From NCBI GenBank assembly GCA_029775965.1, contig JARVJU010000007.1, positions 10,695 to 74,694 of the forward strand: a stretch of DNA of 64,000 nucleotides, written 5' to 3'. Shown here piece after piece: positions 9,013 through 19,311 of this stretch. This stretch comes from Nitrososphaeria archaeon (GTDB taxonomy: Archaea > Thermoproteota > Nitrososphaeria > Conexivisphaerales > DTJL01). The stretch's first letter is position 1, and each line of letters starts with the position of its first letter. The notes under the pieces are model-generated. The model did no database searches and was not told the origin of the DNA. It saw nothing but the letters and a program-made list of their open reading frames with translations. The position numbers and the translations under genes were made by a program.

Positions 9013-10572
9013 CTATGTCCATCCTGCATAGTGCATTATTATTGGCGTTATATTTGCCTCTATCAACCCAGCTATGAGGAAGAGAAGGGCAAGTGCAATC
9101 AGAAGGTAGATAGTCTGCCTTGCTACATAATAGAATTCACTATTCATTTTATCATCATTAGCTTTGTTGAATTTATAAAAAAACACTCCAAGCCTTATAC
9201 CAGCAGAACCTGCGAGAATAAAAGATGGAAGCTCTATAACGCCATGGGGTAAGATAGCAGCAGCGAACATGAAAAAGTTTGGTACTAATGTGTATACGGA
9301 ACCAAGTATGAAGCCATTAACAAATATACTGACAAATGGAGTCACAGAAAACCAAATTCCTGAAAGAGCCGTTGCAAGGGAGACCTGCCAGTTGTGCAGG
9401 AATATGTATAATCCAAGTGATACTGGAATACTGCTGCTCACAAGCGGATTTATTCTACCAGGCACATAGCCAGCATTCAAAAGATCATTAGCAAAGCCGG
9501 AATAACCAAATTCTAACCCAGCTGCTAGACCAATTATTAACGCGAGTAGAGAGGTCAGATGGTAGAATATATTATTTCTACCGACTATGAATGATTTCAG
9601 AGCAGACAGTCCTGCAATAAATTTATGCAATAGGAATGTTGGCAAGCCCTTCACAACATCAGCGAGAAGGGAAGGATAAATAATAACGTAACTGGATTCA
9701 AGTTTGCCATCTGCAACATCGCTGTATATACTTGTCTTAGTTAGATGCATGATAGGTATTACGATAAAACTGACAGCTATTGACACCAAAGAGCTTAGTG
9801 GTAAACCTGCTCCTGGTATCAAGGAGGCTGCAGAAATAAACAATCCACTCAAGAATAAGTCAGCTAGAGCGTATGTTAAGGATATCTTCCAATTTCGCCT
9901 AACTGTATTAAAGCTACGTCGTATTGCAGATAAGCCTGTAAGACAATCCTTGATTACAGCTATTTCAGTATAGATGAGTGAAAAGGAGAGAATGCAAGTA
10001 GGTATGATAGATAGTAAAAATATAGATACTCCAACTACTGTAAAAGATTGAATTGATAAGGTATATAGCAGCACAGCAGTACCAATCACAATGGGGCCAA
10101 GACTTATAAGCGAAGAGAGAAAATGTGTCCAAGCCATACTCCTCCATTTGTACCTTATTCTACTCATAACTGTTTCAACCTTGACGTTGTCTCCTGACAA
10201 AGCAATCACATATGAAGAATATTCAGCAGAATAGACGAAGCCTGCAGCAAGAAAGAAGATAATTACAGAGAGTATGATTGCTGGAGTTAAATATGATAAT
10301 AGCGTGTTTAGGATAAATGGCTCTTCAACAAGCCTGAGCAATCCTTGATAATCTGAATTCAGCAGGCTTGCTAATAGTTGTATCAGAATACCATCGCTCT
10401 GCATTTTAACCAATAGCATTATACCGAATATTGAGAAGATTGCCTGAACCATTATACTCAAAGAACTGTTTAGCATTGTAGGTACACTTGTTGCAGGATT
10501 CTTCCTCCAAGTCCAGTAGCATCTGCTTAAAGAATCGTCAAAAGATACTGCTTTTGCTGATAAAGAACCCAT
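9013..10572 (-). CDS. Large polytopic membrane protein with C-terminal SpoIIM/DUF95-like domain
   Basis: The C-terminal region LPHGVIELPSFILAGSAGIRLG matches the conserved SpoIIM-family motif. The start is moved to ATG 10572 (MGSLSAK) to avoid a 72-nt overlap with the upstream MFS gene. Confidence 0.5.
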   Translation of the reverse strand: MGSLSAKAVSFDDSLSRCYWTWRKNPATSVPTMLNSSLSIMVQAIFSIFGIMLLVKMQSDGILIQLLASLLNSDYQGLLRLVEEPFILNTLLSYLTPAIILSVIIFFLAAGFVYSAEYSSYVIALSGDNVKVETVMSRIRYKWRSMAWTHFLSSLISLGPIVIGTAVLLYTLSIQSFTVVGVSIFLLSIIPTCILSFSLIYTEIAVIKDCLTGLSAIRRSFNTVRRNWKISLTYALADLFLSGLFISAASLIPGAGLPLSSLVSIAVSFIVIPIMHLTKTSIYSDVADGKLESSYVIIYPSLLADVVKGLPTFLLHKFIAGLSALKSFIVGRNNIFYHLTSLLALIIGLAAGLEFGYSGFANDLLNAGYVPGRINPLVSSSIPVSLGLYIFLHNWQVSLATALSGIWFSVTPFVSIFVNGFILGSVYTLVPNFFMFAAAILPHGVIELPSFILAGSAGIRLGVFFYKFNKANDDKMNSEFYYVARQTIYLLIALALLFLIAGLIEANITPIIMHYAGWT

Positions 10573-10577
10573 TTGTA

Positions 10578-11780
10578 TCACTGAACTTCTTTCTTTCCTG
10601 CCTTTGGTAGAAGGGGTAAGCTTACTACAGAAAACAACCCTACGAACCACAGGACAAGAAATGTTGTATAAATTCCGTATTGATCAGCGATAAGACCTCC
10701 CACACCAGCTCCTATTGCAGTGCCTATAGTAGTTCCAAAGCCCCATAGTATTCCATTGGCTCTTGTTAATATATTCCTTGGCAAGACCTGAGATGTATAA
10801 CCCATCATAATTGGGAAACCGCTGAATGTTGCAAAAGAGAAGATCATCATCAATACAACCTTTGTTAGGTAGGAGATATTTAGCAGAAATATACCAAAAC
10901 TTGCTACAGATATAAGACTTGTCAGGATCACTACATTCCTGCCTCCTACCCTGTCCGTCAGATGTCCAAGTAAGGGCTGACCGATGATTGGTGTAATGTA
11001 GATTATAGTGATTATCACACCAACCAAGCTACCATACGCATTAGCGAAGTACTTTGGCATGTATGTCATTATTGAACCAGTGAATACAGACCTCAAGAAG
11101 AATACGAAGGTTAACGAAAATATAAATCTCGTATATTCCTTTAATCCTACCTTCCTTATCTCAGATTGCGATTCTTTTACCTTTGAACCCAGTCTTGAAG
11201 TTAGACTAAAGATGAGCGCTGCAGAAATAAGTACTATAACAGCAAGATAAAGTGTTCCCTCAACACTCCCCGAAATTTCTATGAAGAGGACTAATATTGT
11301 AGGAAAGAGAGCTCTTCCTATACTCCCTATGCTTCCGTTTATCCCTAGATAAAGAGATGTGGATTTCTTTTCTGTTGCATCAGCTATTATCGACCCGCCT
11401 ATAGGATGATAAAAAGCTAACCCAAGGCCTAAAAGAATTGAAGCAGGTAAAAGAATAAAGTTTGCGATCGAAATAAATGCAAATGAAATTCCAAAAAGAA
11501 TAAGAGAGCTTCCGAGTGCAGCTATTCCAAGGGACATGAGGATACCTTTCCTCGCCCATCTATCAGCTAGCCTGCCTATGGGCTCTGACGCTAGAGCAGA
11601 GATGATACCATATAATGCAGCCATAAGGCCTAGATATCCAAGTGATATGCCTGCTCTGCTGTAGTATATTATCAGCATGGGGAAAGCTACAGATAGAGAA
11701 TCGTTAAAGTAGTGCCCTATCGCTGCTGCTACAAATACCCGTATTCTGGTTGATGGCAGACTCTTCGTGTCTTCACTCAA
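10578..11780 (-). CDS. MFS transporter
   Basis: 400 aa, about 12 TM segments. GRLADRWARKG loop 2-3 motif. Confidence 0.75.
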   Translation of the reverse strand: MSEDTKSLPSTRIRVFVAAAIGHYFNDSLSVAFPMLIIYYSRAGISLGYLGLMAALYGIISALASEPIGRLADRWARKGILMSLGIAALGSSLILFGISFAFISIANFILLPASILLGLGLAFYHPIGGSIIADATEKKSTSLYLGINGSIGSIGRALFPTILVLFIEISGSVEGTLYLAVIVLISAALIFSLTSRLGSKVKESQSEIRKVGLKEYTRFIFSLTFVFFLRSVFTGSIMTYMPKYFANAYGSLVGVIITIIYITPIIGQPLLGHLTDRVGGRNVVILTSLISVASFGIFLLNISYLTKVVLMMIFSFATFSGFPIMMGYTSQVLPRNILTRANGILWGFGTTIGTAIGAGVGGLIADQYGIYTTFLVLWFVGLFSVVSLPLLPKAGKKEVQ

Positions 11781-11883
11781 TAGCTACTAAGGAAAAAGCG
11801 ATCTGTAAATATAGCTATTGGAAAATTTGTCATTGTATTGCAGAACAGAATGTTGATATTAACCCGAAGCCTGGGTGGAAAAG

Positions 11884-12981
11884 ATGGGCATACCTGAGAA
11901 GATCAAAAAGATAGAAGAAGATCTTAGGAGGACTCAGGTCAACAAGAAAACAGAGCATCATATAGGGTTGCTGAGAGCAAAGCTAGCCAAGTTAAGGAAA
12001 GAACAGGAAGAATCACAATCAAAGAAGGCAGGAACCTCTCAAGGCTTTGATATCAAAAAATCTGGAGATGCAACAGTTGTACTGATTGGCTTGCCCAGCG
12101 TTGGAAAGTCAACTCTTCTTAACAGGCTGACCAACGCCAAGTCTAAGGTTGGAGCCTACCAATTCACTACACTTGATGTGGTGCCTGGTGTGCTCGATTA
12201 TAAAGGGGCAAAAATACAGATACTTGATCTGCCAGGGATAATAGAAGGTGCATCATCAGGTAAAGGACTTGGTAAGAGAGTTCTTTCGGTGGCAAGAAGC
12301 GCAGATCTTATACTGTTTGTTGTCGATGTCTTTCAGCCTGAAGCAAGAAACATACTTGTCAGAGAACTCAACAACATAGGAATAAGAGTGGATGAAAAAC
12401 CTCCGAAAGTGGTTATTGAAAGAACAAGCTCTGGCGGTATCATGGTTGCTCCTACAGTTAAATTGACAAAGATATCTGAGCAGCTTGTTAAGGATATAGC
12501 TAAAATATACGATATTGACAACGCCAGAATAATCATAAGAGATGATATAACAGATGAACAGCTTGTAGATGTTTTAACGGGTAACAGAGTTTACATACCA
12601 TCCCTGACTGTAATGAATAAAATAGACCTTGTAAACTCTGGCTTTACAAACGAACTGAGCATGAGATTGAACTATAAATTTGTACCCGTATCCGCAGAAT
12701 CAAGCATAAATATTGAGGCGCTAAAGGAAGAGATTTATGGAAGGCTCGGGTTCATCAGAGTGTACATGAGAAGAAGGGACGGAGAGACTGACTTTCAGGA
12801 ACCTTTGATACTGAGGCAGAATGCAGATGTGATGGCTGTGTGTGATAAAATACACAGAGCAATCAAAGACGAATTAAGATATGCTTTAGTATGGGGTAAA
12901 AGTGTAAAATTTGGAGGTCAGAAGGTTGGACTTACGCACAGGTTGATGGATGAAGATATCATAACTCTTGTTACAAAGTAA
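11884..12981 (+). CDS. Developmentally regulated GTP-binding protein (DRG/Rbg1-type Obg-family GTPase with TGS domain)
   Basis: MGIPEKIKKIEEDL... N-terminus, G1 GLPSVGKST, G3 DLPG, NKID G4, C-terminal TGS-like segment. ATG 11884 is preferred to GTG 11875. Confidence 0.85.
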   Translation: MGIPEKIKKIEEDLRRTQVNKKTEHHIGLLRAKLAKLRKEQEESQSKKAGTSQGFDIKKSGDATVVLIGLPSVGKSTLLNRLTNAKSKVGAYQFTTLDVVPGVLDYKGAKIQILDLPGIIEGASSGKGLGKRVLSVARSADLILFVVDVFQPEARNILVRELNNIGIRVDEKPPKVVIERTSSGGIMVAPTVKLTKISEQLVKDIAKIYDIDNARIIIRDDITDEQLVDVLTGNRVYIPSLTVMNKIDLVNSGFTNELSMRLNYKFVPVSAESSINIEALKEEIYGRLGFIRVYMRRRDGETDFQEPLILRQNADVMAVCDKIHRAIKDELRYALVWGKSVKFGGQKVGLTHRLMDEDIITLVTK

Positions 12982-12989
12982 TTTTATAG

Positions 12990-13655
12990 CTAGCTTCTGC
13001 ACAAGCTTATCAGCTCAGTCAGGGATTCAAAGGCTCTTCCAGAGTCCTTCATATCTACTACTATTATTGTGTCTGTGTAGCTACTTGTTGTATCCTGTAT
13101 GTTTATACCACTTCGTGAAACTTGGCTGTAAATTGTCAATATGCATCCAGGCGTATCTATTATCTCTTTAGGGCTATGAATTGTTATCGATGCCAACGAT
13201 CCCTTCCTCTCCAACAGCCTGAGCCCCTTTAATTTGGCCATTATATTATCCAAGAATTTTTCATCAACTATAGCAGTTATGCCAGATGTACTCTCAGCCA
13301 TATGGATAAAAGCTTCCGGATAGCTGGATATAGCCCTCAGAACTGCTTCTAGTGTATCCCTACTTCTGTCTACCACAAACTTTGCCACATCTGTTCTTAC
13401 ACTGACGCTACTTCTAGCTATAACCTGTCTGATAGAGTTACTCAACGGATTTCCACTCTTTCTCATTCTTTTTAATGCAGAAATTATACTCTCTTGACTA
13501 ACTTTATGGCCGACACCCTTTTGTATAAATGGTAGTATCTCTCTTGCTACAGCGCTCAAATTTGCTATATCTCTGTATATTGCATCTTGAAGAGTGACAT
13601 CTATCTGAACAGAATCCCTTACTAATCTGGCTATTGAATAGCCATTTTTGGTCAT
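12990..13655 (-). CDS. Hypothetical protein, possibly ACT-like ligand-binding domains; divergent from argG
   Basis: 221 aa with no strong motif. The C-terminal beta-alpha-beta-like segments (SITIHSP..., IIVVDMKD...) resemble ACT-type folds. The call is weak. Confidence 0.3.
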   Translation of the reverse strand: MTKNGYSIARLVRDSVQIDVTLQDAIYRDIANLSAVAREILPFIQKGVGHKVSQESIISALKRMRKSGNPLSNSIRQVIARSSVSVRTDVAKFVVDRSRDTLEAVLRAISSYPEAFIHMAESTSGITAIVDEKFLDNIMAKLKGLRLLERKGSLASITIHSPKEIIDTPGCILTIYSQVSRSGINIQDTTSSYTDTIIVVDMKDSGRAFESLTELISLCRS

Positions 13656-13732
13656 AATATTACGCTTCTAGCTTTATCTGGCCAAAAAATATAAAAACCT
13701 TTCCAAGAAGGCACAAGTAAAAATTGACTTCT

Positions 13733-14941
13733 ATGAAGGTAGTTTTGGCATATTCAGGAGGACTTGATACTTCTGTAGCTATAAAATGGATACAAGAAAA
13801 GTATGATGCTGAAGTGATCACTCTTACCCTTGACCTTGGGCAAGAAGAGAATCTCGATACAGCCAAAGAAAAGTCTCTTTCCCTAGGTGCAATAAAGCAT
13901 TATACTATGGATGTTAAAAAGGAGTTCGCTTCAGACTACATCTTTCCCTCGATAAAGGCTAACGGACTGTATGAAGGTAAATATCCATTAAGCACAGCTT
14001 TAGGAAGGCCGCTCATTGCTGAAAAGCTTGTTGAGGTTGCAGAAAACGAGGATGCTGATGCAGTAGCTCATGGCTGCACGGGCAAGGGTAATGATCAGGT
14101 GAGGCTTGATGTAAGTATCAAGGCACTTAATCCCAATCTGAGAATAATAGCTCCTGTAAGAGAATGGGGGCTCACTAGAGATCAGGAGATGCAATACGCA
14201 AAGGAAAAAGGTGTTCCTATATCAGTAAAGAAGAATGTCTATAGTATAGACCAGAATCTGTGGGGAAGAAGCATAGAAAGTGGTATGCTTGAAGATGCAA
14301 CACTTGAACCTCCTACTGATGCTTTTGAATGGGTTACTATGCCAGAAGATGCACCAGATGTGCCAACATATATCAAGATAGGTTTTGAGAATGGTCTGCC
14401 TACATCCATAGATGACGTAGAGATGAGGCCATTGCAGCTGATATCTAAGCTGAACGAAATAGCTGGAAGGAATGGTGTTGGGATAATAGATCACATTGAG
14501 GATAGATTGGTAGGTATCAAGTCAAGGGAAGTATATGAGTGTCCTGCGGCAACTGTTATACTTGAGGCGCATAAGGAGCTTGAGAAGCTTGTACTAAATA
14601 GACATCAGCTTGAGTTTAAACGGTACGTTGATGATATATGGTCTCGCCTTGTATATAACGGGCTATGGCTTGATCCATTAAGAGCCAACATTGATGCTTT
14701 TATAGATTCAACACAGACTAGGGTGAACGGCTGGGTTAAAATCAAGTTATACAAAGGAGCGTTGAGGGTTACAGGTAGATCCTCTTCCAGCAGTCTGTAT
14801 GACTTCAGTCTAGCAACATACTCTTCTTCCAGTGTATTCAACCAGAAATACGCAGAAGGATTCATCGAATTCTGGGGCCTTCCTACCAGAGTAGCCTCAT
14901 ACAAAGCAAAAAGGATAGCACCAGCACAAGAAAGAAACTGA
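13733..14941 (+). CDS. argG: Argininosuccinate synthase
   Basis: KVVLAYSGGLDTS ATP-pyrophosphatase P-loop, AHGCTGKGNDQVR, GRSIE motifs. Confidence 0.95.
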   Translation: MKVVLAYSGGLDTSVAIKWIQEKYDAEVITLTLDLGQEENLDTAKEKSLSLGAIKHYTMDVKKEFASDYIFPSIKANGLYEGKYPLSTALGRPLIAEKLVEVAENEDADAVAHGCTGKGNDQVRLDVSIKALNPNLRIIAPVREWGLTRDQEMQYAKEKGVPISVKKNVYSIDQNLWGRSIESGMLEDATLEPPTDAFEWVTMPEDAPDVPTYIKIGFENGLPTSIDDVEMRPLQLISKLNEIAGRNGVGIIDHIEDRLVGIKSREVYECPAATVILEAHKELEKLVLNRHQLEFKRYVDDIWSRLVYNGLWLDPLRANIDAFIDSTQTRVNGWVKIKLYKGALRVTGRSSSSSLYDFSLATYSSSSVFNQKYAEGFIEFWGLPTRVASYKAKRIAPAQERN

Positions 14942-14957
14942 ATCTGAGGAAGGTAGC

Positions 14958-16412
14958 ATGGATCTTTTAAGAGGGAAGAGACTCTCAAAGATGGATAAGA
15001 GGGCAGAGCAATTCACATCTTCAGTTACAGAGGATAATCCATTGATAAAGGCTACCCAGACTATAAATAAAGCTCATATACTAGCCCTTTACGAAGCAGG
15101 GATTCTGAGCAGAGATAAGGCAGTAAAGATATTGAGAGCTCTGGAAAAAATATCTGACATAAAGCTGGATACATCCCTGGAGGATGTTCACATGAACATA
15201 GAGGCACTGGTAAGTAAGGTTGCAGGCAAAGATGGAGGTTATATGAATCTGGGAAAGAGCAGAAATGACCAGGTAAGCGCAGCTCTAAGAATCAGAGCTA
15301 GGGAAGAACTATTATCAGTACTTGATGAAGTCATGAATACAATTAAGATTATGTTGGATAGATCAGAAGAGTTTGAAGATTCTCCTCTGCCAGGTTATAC
15401 TCACATGCAGGTAGCACAGCCTGTAACTCTTTCACATTTTTTACTTTGCTATGCTGAAGCTCTAATAAGGGGCTGTCAAAGGGTTATTGACTGCTACAAA
15501 AGGATAAACATCTCTCCTATGGGTGCAGCCGCTTTGGCTGGAAGCATTGTACCCATCAGCAGAGAATCAGTTGCAACTCTTCTTGGGTTTGATGGGATTA
15601 TTCAAAATTCAATGGATGCAGTATCAAGCAGGGACTTCTTGGTTGAACTGCTCTCTTCATACCTTATGATTCAGCTGGATTTGAGCAGGATTTCCGAGGA
15701 CCTGATATTTTACAGTAGCATAGAGGCTTCGTACATAACAATACCAGATTCTTATTCCTCGACGAGCAGTATTATGCCACAGAAAAAGAATGCAGTAGCA
15801 CTGGAGATGGTCAGGGCGAAGACTGCATCAATTATAGGCATGTTCACAGCAGCTGTCACAACACTGAAATCCCTCCCACAATCATATAACCTTGACGTCC
15901 AGGAAATCAATTCTTTGATCTGGAAATCATCTCAAACAGTAAAAGATTCACTTGCCATGGTGGCAGGTGTAGTAGCTGGAATATCCTTCAACGAGGAAAA
16001 GGCACTAGAAGGTTTGAAGTATGGCTTTGCTGTGGCCACAGATATAGCTGAATCACTCTCCTTGACCTTTGATATACCATTCAGGGATGCTCATCATATA
16101 GTTGGTGGGATAGCTTCAAGACTCACAAAGGAATATTCAGAGCAGAGCCTGATACCAATGATAGAATCTGAAGCAAAGAATTATGGTTACAAGGTAGAAG
16201 GTTCCAAGTTGAAAAATATTATGGATATACACGCTTTGCTCGTCAAAAAAAAGACAGAAGGAAGTCCTAACCCTGTTCATACTAGGAGGATGAGAAACAG
16301 CATGAGAGAAGCTGTTCAAGGAATCAGGAAATGGATGAATGATGTTCAGAAGTCTGTTCGGGCTTCTGAGCATCTGCTTGAGAATAAAATTAGGGAGTTG
16401 GAAAGGAGGTGA
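14958..16412 (+). CDS. argH: Argininosuccinate lyase
   Basis: 484 aa fumarase/lyase class II. GYTHMQVAQP and GSSIMPQKKN signature (SSTSSIMPQKKNAV). Confidence 0.9.
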   Translation: MDLLRGKRLSKMDKRAEQFTSSVTEDNPLIKATQTINKAHILALYEAGILSRDKAVKILRALEKISDIKLDTSLEDVHMNIEALVSKVAGKDGGYMNLGKSRNDQVSAALRIRAREELLSVLDEVMNTIKIMLDRSEEFEDSPLPGYTHMQVAQPVTLSHFLLCYAEALIRGCQRVIDCYKRINISPMGAAALAGSIVPISRESVATLLGFDGIIQNSMDAVSSRDFLVELLSSYLMIQLDLSRISEDLIFYSSIEASYITIPDSYSSTSSIMPQKKNAVALEMVRAKTASIIGMFTAAVTTLKSLPQSYNLDVQEINSLIWKSSQTVKDSLAMVAGVVAGISFNEEKALEGLKYGFAVATDIAESLSLTFDIPFRDAHHIVGGIASRLTKEYSEQSLIPMIESEAKNYGYKVEGSKLKNIMDIHALLVKKKTEGSPNPVHTRRMRNSMREAVQGIRKWMNDVQKSVRASEHLLENKIRELERR

Positions 16413-16418
16413 GAAAAG

Positions 16419-16592
16419 TTGGAGTTGCAATGTGAGCAGTGTGGCGGGCAAGTAAAAATTCCTGAGGATGCTGTATCTGGCGAGATAGTTGCATGCAAAG
16501 ATTGCGGGGTAGAGTATGAAGCAATAATAGATAAACAAGGAACTGTAGAACTGAAGTCCGCCGAGAGTGTTGGTGAAGACTGGGGAGAGTAA
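16419..16592 (+). CDS. lysW: Amino-group carrier protein LysW (alpha-aminoadipate/glutamate carrier)
   Basis: 57 aa ORF, too short for the ORF track: M-ELQCEQCGGQVKIPEDAVSGEIVACKDCGVEYEAIIDKQGTVELKSAESVGEDWGE*. It has a zinc-ribbon CxxC...CxxC and the diagnostic C-terminal EDWGE tail. GGAGGTGA lies 7 nt upstream of TTG 16419. Confidence 0.85.
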   Translation: MELQCEQCGGQVKIPEDAVSGEIVACKDCGVEYEAIIDKQGTVELKSAESVGEDWGE

Positions 16593-16598
16593 GCTAAG

Positions 16599-17450
16599 CT
16601 GGTACACCTAACTATAGCTTATGACAGGCTGCGTATAGAAGAAAAGATGCTCTACGAGCAAGCCAAGTCATTTGGCTTAGCTACAGTCATGCAAGATGTA
16701 AAGACAACATTCTTCTATCTTACCAACTCCTCTCATTATGATACTGACGTTGTTTTGCAAAGATGTATAAGCCATGTGAGGGGGCTTCATGTTGCCGCCA
16801 TCTATGAATCTTTCAACATTCCTGTGGTAAATAGGTCGGATGTGACATATGTATGCGGTGACAAGATGCTCACCACATTAATCCTGGCTAAAGCAGGTAT
16901 CCCCACTCCAGAAACAAGCATAGCATTCTCAGCAGAAGGAGCTTTAATGCAGCTGGAAAGAATAGGTTACCCAGCAGTAATAAAACCTGTCATTGGAAGC
17001 TGGGGAAGGCTTGTTGCGAGGGTCAGGGATAGAGAAGAAGCGAAAAATCTGATCGAAAGTAGGATGATTGACAATGACCCATATGACCAGTTATTTTACG
17101 TCCAAAAATATGTTGAAAGACCTCCCAGAGATATAAGGGCTATAGTTGTAGGGGACAGTATAGTTGCATCAATATTCAGGTACCAGCCAGAGGATGACTG
17201 GAGGACTAACGTTGCTAGAGGAGGAAGGGCAGAGGCTGTGCAGCTCGCAAAGGAGCAGCAGGAGACGATTCTGAAAGCTGCAGAGGCTGTAGGAGGCGGT
17301 GTGCTTGGCATCGATGCAATGGAGAGCAAAGATGGTATAGTTGTACATGAAGTAAACCCTACTGTAGAATTTAAAGGAGCTGCATCCGTTTCAAGCACGA
17401 ACATACCAAGAGAGATAGTTAGATATGTGATGGAGAAGGCTAGAAGATGA
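16599..17450 (+). CDS. lysX: LysW-glutamate/aminoadipate ligase (RimK/ATP-grasp, LysX/ArgX)
   Basis: ATP-grasp motifs (VIKPVIGSWGR, GGGVLGIDAMES). The conserved N-terminal block LTIAYDRLRIEEKMLYE lies upstream of the first ATG (16647) and has no ATG/GTG/TTG in frame. CTG 16599 is provisionally taken as the start. Confidence 0.8.
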   Translation: MVHLTIAYDRLRIEEKMLYEQAKSFGLATVMQDVKTTFFYLTNSSHYDTDVVLQRCISHVRGLHVAAIYESFNIPVVNRSDVTYVCGDKMLTTLILAKAGIPTPETSIAFSAEGALMQLERIGYPAVIKPVIGSWGRLVARVRDREEAKNLIESRMIDNDPYDQLFYVQKYVERPPRDIRAIVVGDSIVASIFRYQPEDDWRTNVARGGRAEAVQLAKEQQETILKAAEAVGGGVLGIDAMESKDGIVVHEVNPTVEFKGAASVSSTNIPREIVRYVMEKARR

Positions 17451-18496
17451 AACCTAAGGTTTCTGTAATAGGAGCATCAGGCTATGTTGGAGGGGAGCTC
17501 CTTCGATTATTGCTAACTCATCCATCTGTAGAGGTGAAATATTGCTATTCTAGGTCATTCGCAAAAAAATACATTCATACAGTGCACCCAAACCTGAGGA
17601 AGAAATCAGAGCTTATGTTCACTGATGAAGACCCTGTCAGCATTGCATCACAATCAGACATATCATTCTTTGCCCTCCCTCACGGACAGAGCTCAAAGAT
17701 TATGCAGAGAGTGCTTGAAACAGGTACAAGGGTTATAGACCTAGGGGCTGACTTCAGACTGGAAGACCCGGAGGACTACAAAATATGGTACAAATTCGAG
17801 CATCCATCTCCGTCTCTGCTACAAAAGTTCGTTTATGGCCTGCCTGAGCTCTGGGCCTTTAAGATAAAAGGGGCCAGGAATATAGCTGTGCCAGGCTGCA
17901 TAGCTACCTCTGCCATACTGAGCCTAGCTCCGCTTGCAAAAATGATCCAGACTACAGCTATAGTTGATGCCAAGGTAGGCTCCAGCGGTTCAGGGGGGAA
18001 GCCCTCACCAGCTACACATTATTCGGAAAGGTTTGGTGTTGTAAGAGTTTACAAGCCTGCAGGACATAGACACACAGCTGAAATAATTCAAGAAATATCA
18101 AAGATCAAAGGGGAGAAGGTGAACATATCAATGAGCGCTCATGCAGTCAACATGGTGAGAGGAATACAGACAACTACTCACATTCCATCAGATGATATAC
18201 CTGATATCAAAGAGCTCTGGAGACAATTCAGACAGTTCTATTCTAATTCTCCATTTGTCAGGATTGTCAGAGATAAGCAAGGTAACAACAAATATCCTGA
18301 CCCTAAATTTACAATCGGCTCAAACTTTGCAGACGTTGGGTTTGAAATTGATGTTGAAGGAAGAAGAGTACTTGCATTCGGTGCACTGGATAACCTGGTA
18401 AAGGGGGCTGCAGGAAATGCAGTTCAATGCATGAATCTTATGATGGGTTTTGATGAAGAAGAAGGGTTAGGGTATATACCTTTGCATCCGGTGTGA
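17447..18496 (+). CDS. lysY: [LysW]-aminoadipate/glutamate semialdehyde-forming reductase (N-acetyl-gamma-glutamyl-phosphate reductase family)
   Basis: VIGASGYVGGEL NAD(P) motif and catalytic PGCIATS cysteine. ATGA overlap with lysX. Confidence 0.9.
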   Translation: MKPKVSVIGASGYVGGELLRLLLTHPSVEVKYCYSRSFAKKYIHTVHPNLRKKSELMFTDEDPVSIASQSDISFFALPHGQSSKIMQRVLETGTRVIDLGADFRLEDPEDYKIWYKFEHPSPSLLQKFVYGLPELWAFKIKGARNIAVPGCIATSAILSLAPLAKMIQTTAIVDAKVGSSGSGGKPSPATHYSERFGVVRVYKPAGHRHTAEIIQEISKIKGEKVNISMSAHAVNMVRGIQTTTHIPSDDIPDIKELWRQFRQFYSNSPFVRIVRDKQGNNKYPDPKFTIGSNFADVGFEIDVEGRRVLAFGALDNLVKGAAGNAVQCMNLMMGFDEEEGLGYIPLHPV

Positions 18497-19311
18497 GATT
18501 CTTGGTAATTGTAATCAAGATAGGTGGCAGTCTTGTCGCGCAAGGGAAGCTGGATACAATACTCAGCGATCTAGCCTCTGTACTACCTTATTATAAAACA
18601 GTACTTGTGCACGGAGGTGCAAAATCTGTAACTGAGATAGCAGAAAGGATGGGAAAGAAACAGAAGTTCATAACCTCGCCTTCTGGTATAAAGAGCAGAT
18701 ATACAGATTATGAAACTGCAGAGATATACTGTATGGTTATGTCAGGGCTCTTGGCTAGCAGGATAGTATCATTCTTGGCAGGCCAGAAGGTCAAGGCATT
18801 CAGCATTTCAGGCCTGGATGCATCAGCTATATTGGCAGAGAGAAAGAAGAAATTGATAATACTGGATGAAAGAAACAGAAAGGTGGCAATAGAAGGAGGA
18901 TATACAGGCAAGATAAAGCATGTAGATTCGAAGATAATAGACATGCTATTGCAGAACAGTTACTTACCAGTGATCTCTCCAGTGGCTATAGGCACAGATA
19001 ACGAAATTCTTAACGTAGATAGCGACAGATGCGCTTCAGCTGTAGCCTCATCTCTTAAAGCGGAGCAGCTGATATTTCTTACAGACGTAGATGGCCTGAT
19101 GCATGATGGCAAGCTGGTGAACAGGATTACTAAAGATGAAGCGAAGAAGCTTTTGCCAGAAATAGGAGCTGGAATGGATAAAAAAGTTATGTCTGCAATA
19201 GAAGCTTTAGAGAATGGTGTAAAGAGATGTGTTATATCATCAGGCATGACTGATAAACCAATTTCTGGGATTCTGAAGAATGATGGCGGAACGGTGATAC
19301 TAAATGGATGA
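18493..19311 (+). CDS. lysZ: [LysW]-aminoadipate/glutamate kinase (acetylglutamate kinase family)
   Basis: IKIGGS...VHGGA amino-acid-kinase motifs. GTGA overlap with lysY. Confidence 0.85.
   Translation: MRFLVIVIKIGGSLVAQGKLDTILSDLASVLPYYKTVLVHGGAKSVTEIAERMGKKQKFITSPSGIKSRYTDYETAEIYCMVMSGLLASRIVSFLAGQKVKAFSISGLDASAILAERKKKLIILDERNRKVAIEGGYTGKIKHVDSKIIDMLLQNSYLPVISPVAIGTDNEILNVDSDRCASAVASSLKAEQLIFLTDVDGLMHDGKLVNRITKDEAKKLLPEIGAGMDKKVMSAIEALENGVKRCVISSGMTDKPISGILKNDGGTVILNG

Noticed and set aside
16137-16607. 156-aa minus-strand ORF
   Set aside because: It lies antisense to the 3' end of argH and to the whole of lysW, has low-complexity Leu/Phe/Ser-rich composition and no motif. Both sense genes are strongly supported.
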